Assembly: GCA_003134965.1 (NCBI GenBank)
Contig: PLDA01000002.1
Coordinates: 1,388,415 to 1,420,414, forward strand
Origin: Vulcanimicrobiota bacterium
GTDB taxonomy: Bacteria; Vulcanimicrobiota; Vulcanimicrobiia; Vulcanimicrobiales; Vulcanimicrobiaceae
DNA: 32,000 nt
Direction of reading: 5' to 3'
Shown here: positions 31,640 through 32,000 of the stretch, piece by piece
How positions within the stretch are numbered: position 1 is the stretch's first letter
Layout: each line of letters starts with the position of its first letter
Program-made: the position numbers and the translations under genes
The notes under the pieces: generated by a model
Told to the model about the DNA's origin: nothing
What the model saw: only the letters and a program-made list of their open reading frames with translations
Databases searched by the model: none

Positions 31640-32000
31640 TCACAAGGCCGCTCCCAGGGAATAGAAATCCACGTTATACCAATGTTTCGGGTGCGTCCCC
31701 TCGACGCGCATTCCGCAGCGCTCGTAGAAGCGTTTGGCTCGCTCCGATGGAGCGGTGAGCTTCATCTTATGAGCACCCACGTCGCGGTAGACATGACAGG
31801 CGGCATCGTACAGCGCCCGGCCGACCTCATGGCCGCGCCAGCGAGCGTCGACGAGCAGCCACACGATCGTGCCGACGCCTCCTTCCGGTGCGTTGCCGGA
31901 GACGAGTCCGACGATTTCACCGGCAGCGAAAGCCGCGATGAGCAGATCGGCACCATGTGTCAGCCGGGAGACCACGGCTTCACGCGTCCACGGCTCGAGA
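31640..32000 (-). CDS. GNAT-family N-acetyltransferase; 5' end probably beyond the window
   Basis: The acetyl-CoA-binding core VDARWRGHEVGRALYDAA matches the R/Q-x-x-G-x-G/A pattern. The frame stays open to nt 32000 upstream of the track's GTG 31975. Confidence 0.7.
   Translation of the reverse strand, partial: LEPWTREAVVSRLTHGADLLIAAFAAGEIVGLVSGNAPEGGVGTIVWLLVDARWRGHEVGRALYDAACHVYRDVGAHKMKLTAPSERAKRFYERCGMRVEGTHPKHWYNVDFYSLGAAL

Noticed and set aside
30235-31758. 507-aa + strand ORF opposite the MBL-fold gene.
   Set aside because: This is an antisense shadow frame. The - strand has the HxHxDH motif and coupled overlaps with both neighbours.

Overview
High-GC (about 65-70% by eye), gene-dense bacterial chromosomal window. 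Neighbouring genes very often overlap by 4 nt (ATGA/GTGA), which suggests translational coupling. I found no rRNA, tRNA, CRISPR array, transposase or integrase.

Gene order:
- (1) 3' end of a LIV/HAAT-type ABC importer, livM'-livG-livF (+ strand), followed by a 67-aa ORF.
- (2) A complete second HAAT-type importer on the - strand (Tat-signal binding protein, two permeases, two ATPases) that ends in a TauD/TfdA-family dioxygenase.
- (3) Citrate synthase, then hisB.
- (4) A ~10.6-kb block that separates hisB from hisH-hisA. It consists of two convergent operons. The + operon encodes a PBP-like membrane protein, TelA, a PBP-vWA lipoprotein, an XpaC-like protein and a STAS protein. The - operon encodes two tandem secreted sorbosone/glucose-dehydrogenase-like paralogs, a PAS-GAF-PP2C-HATPase protein and a MEDS protein.
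- (5) hisH-hisA-pth2.
- (6) A - strand operon: unknown protein, membrane protein, alanine racemase, and a CuAO-N/Ig-like Pro-rich protein.
- (7) A SAM methyltransferase.
- (8) A visibly lower-GC, tightly coupled - strand operon that runs off the window end: GNAT, MBL-fold protein, FemAB-like protein, GT-B-like protein, hexapeptide acetyltransferase and a beta-propeller protein.

The best candidates for something undescribed are the TelA/vWA/XpaC/STAS plus MEDS/PP2C-kinase module wedged into the his genes, and the low-GC tailoring operon. A 25-nt REP-like motif occurs twice in inverted orientation. One copy lies inside the citrate-synthase tail and the hisB start.

Internal start coordinates were derived by residue counting from the ORF track, which treats GTG/TTG as M. 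All functional calls come from motif recognition by eye, not from searches.
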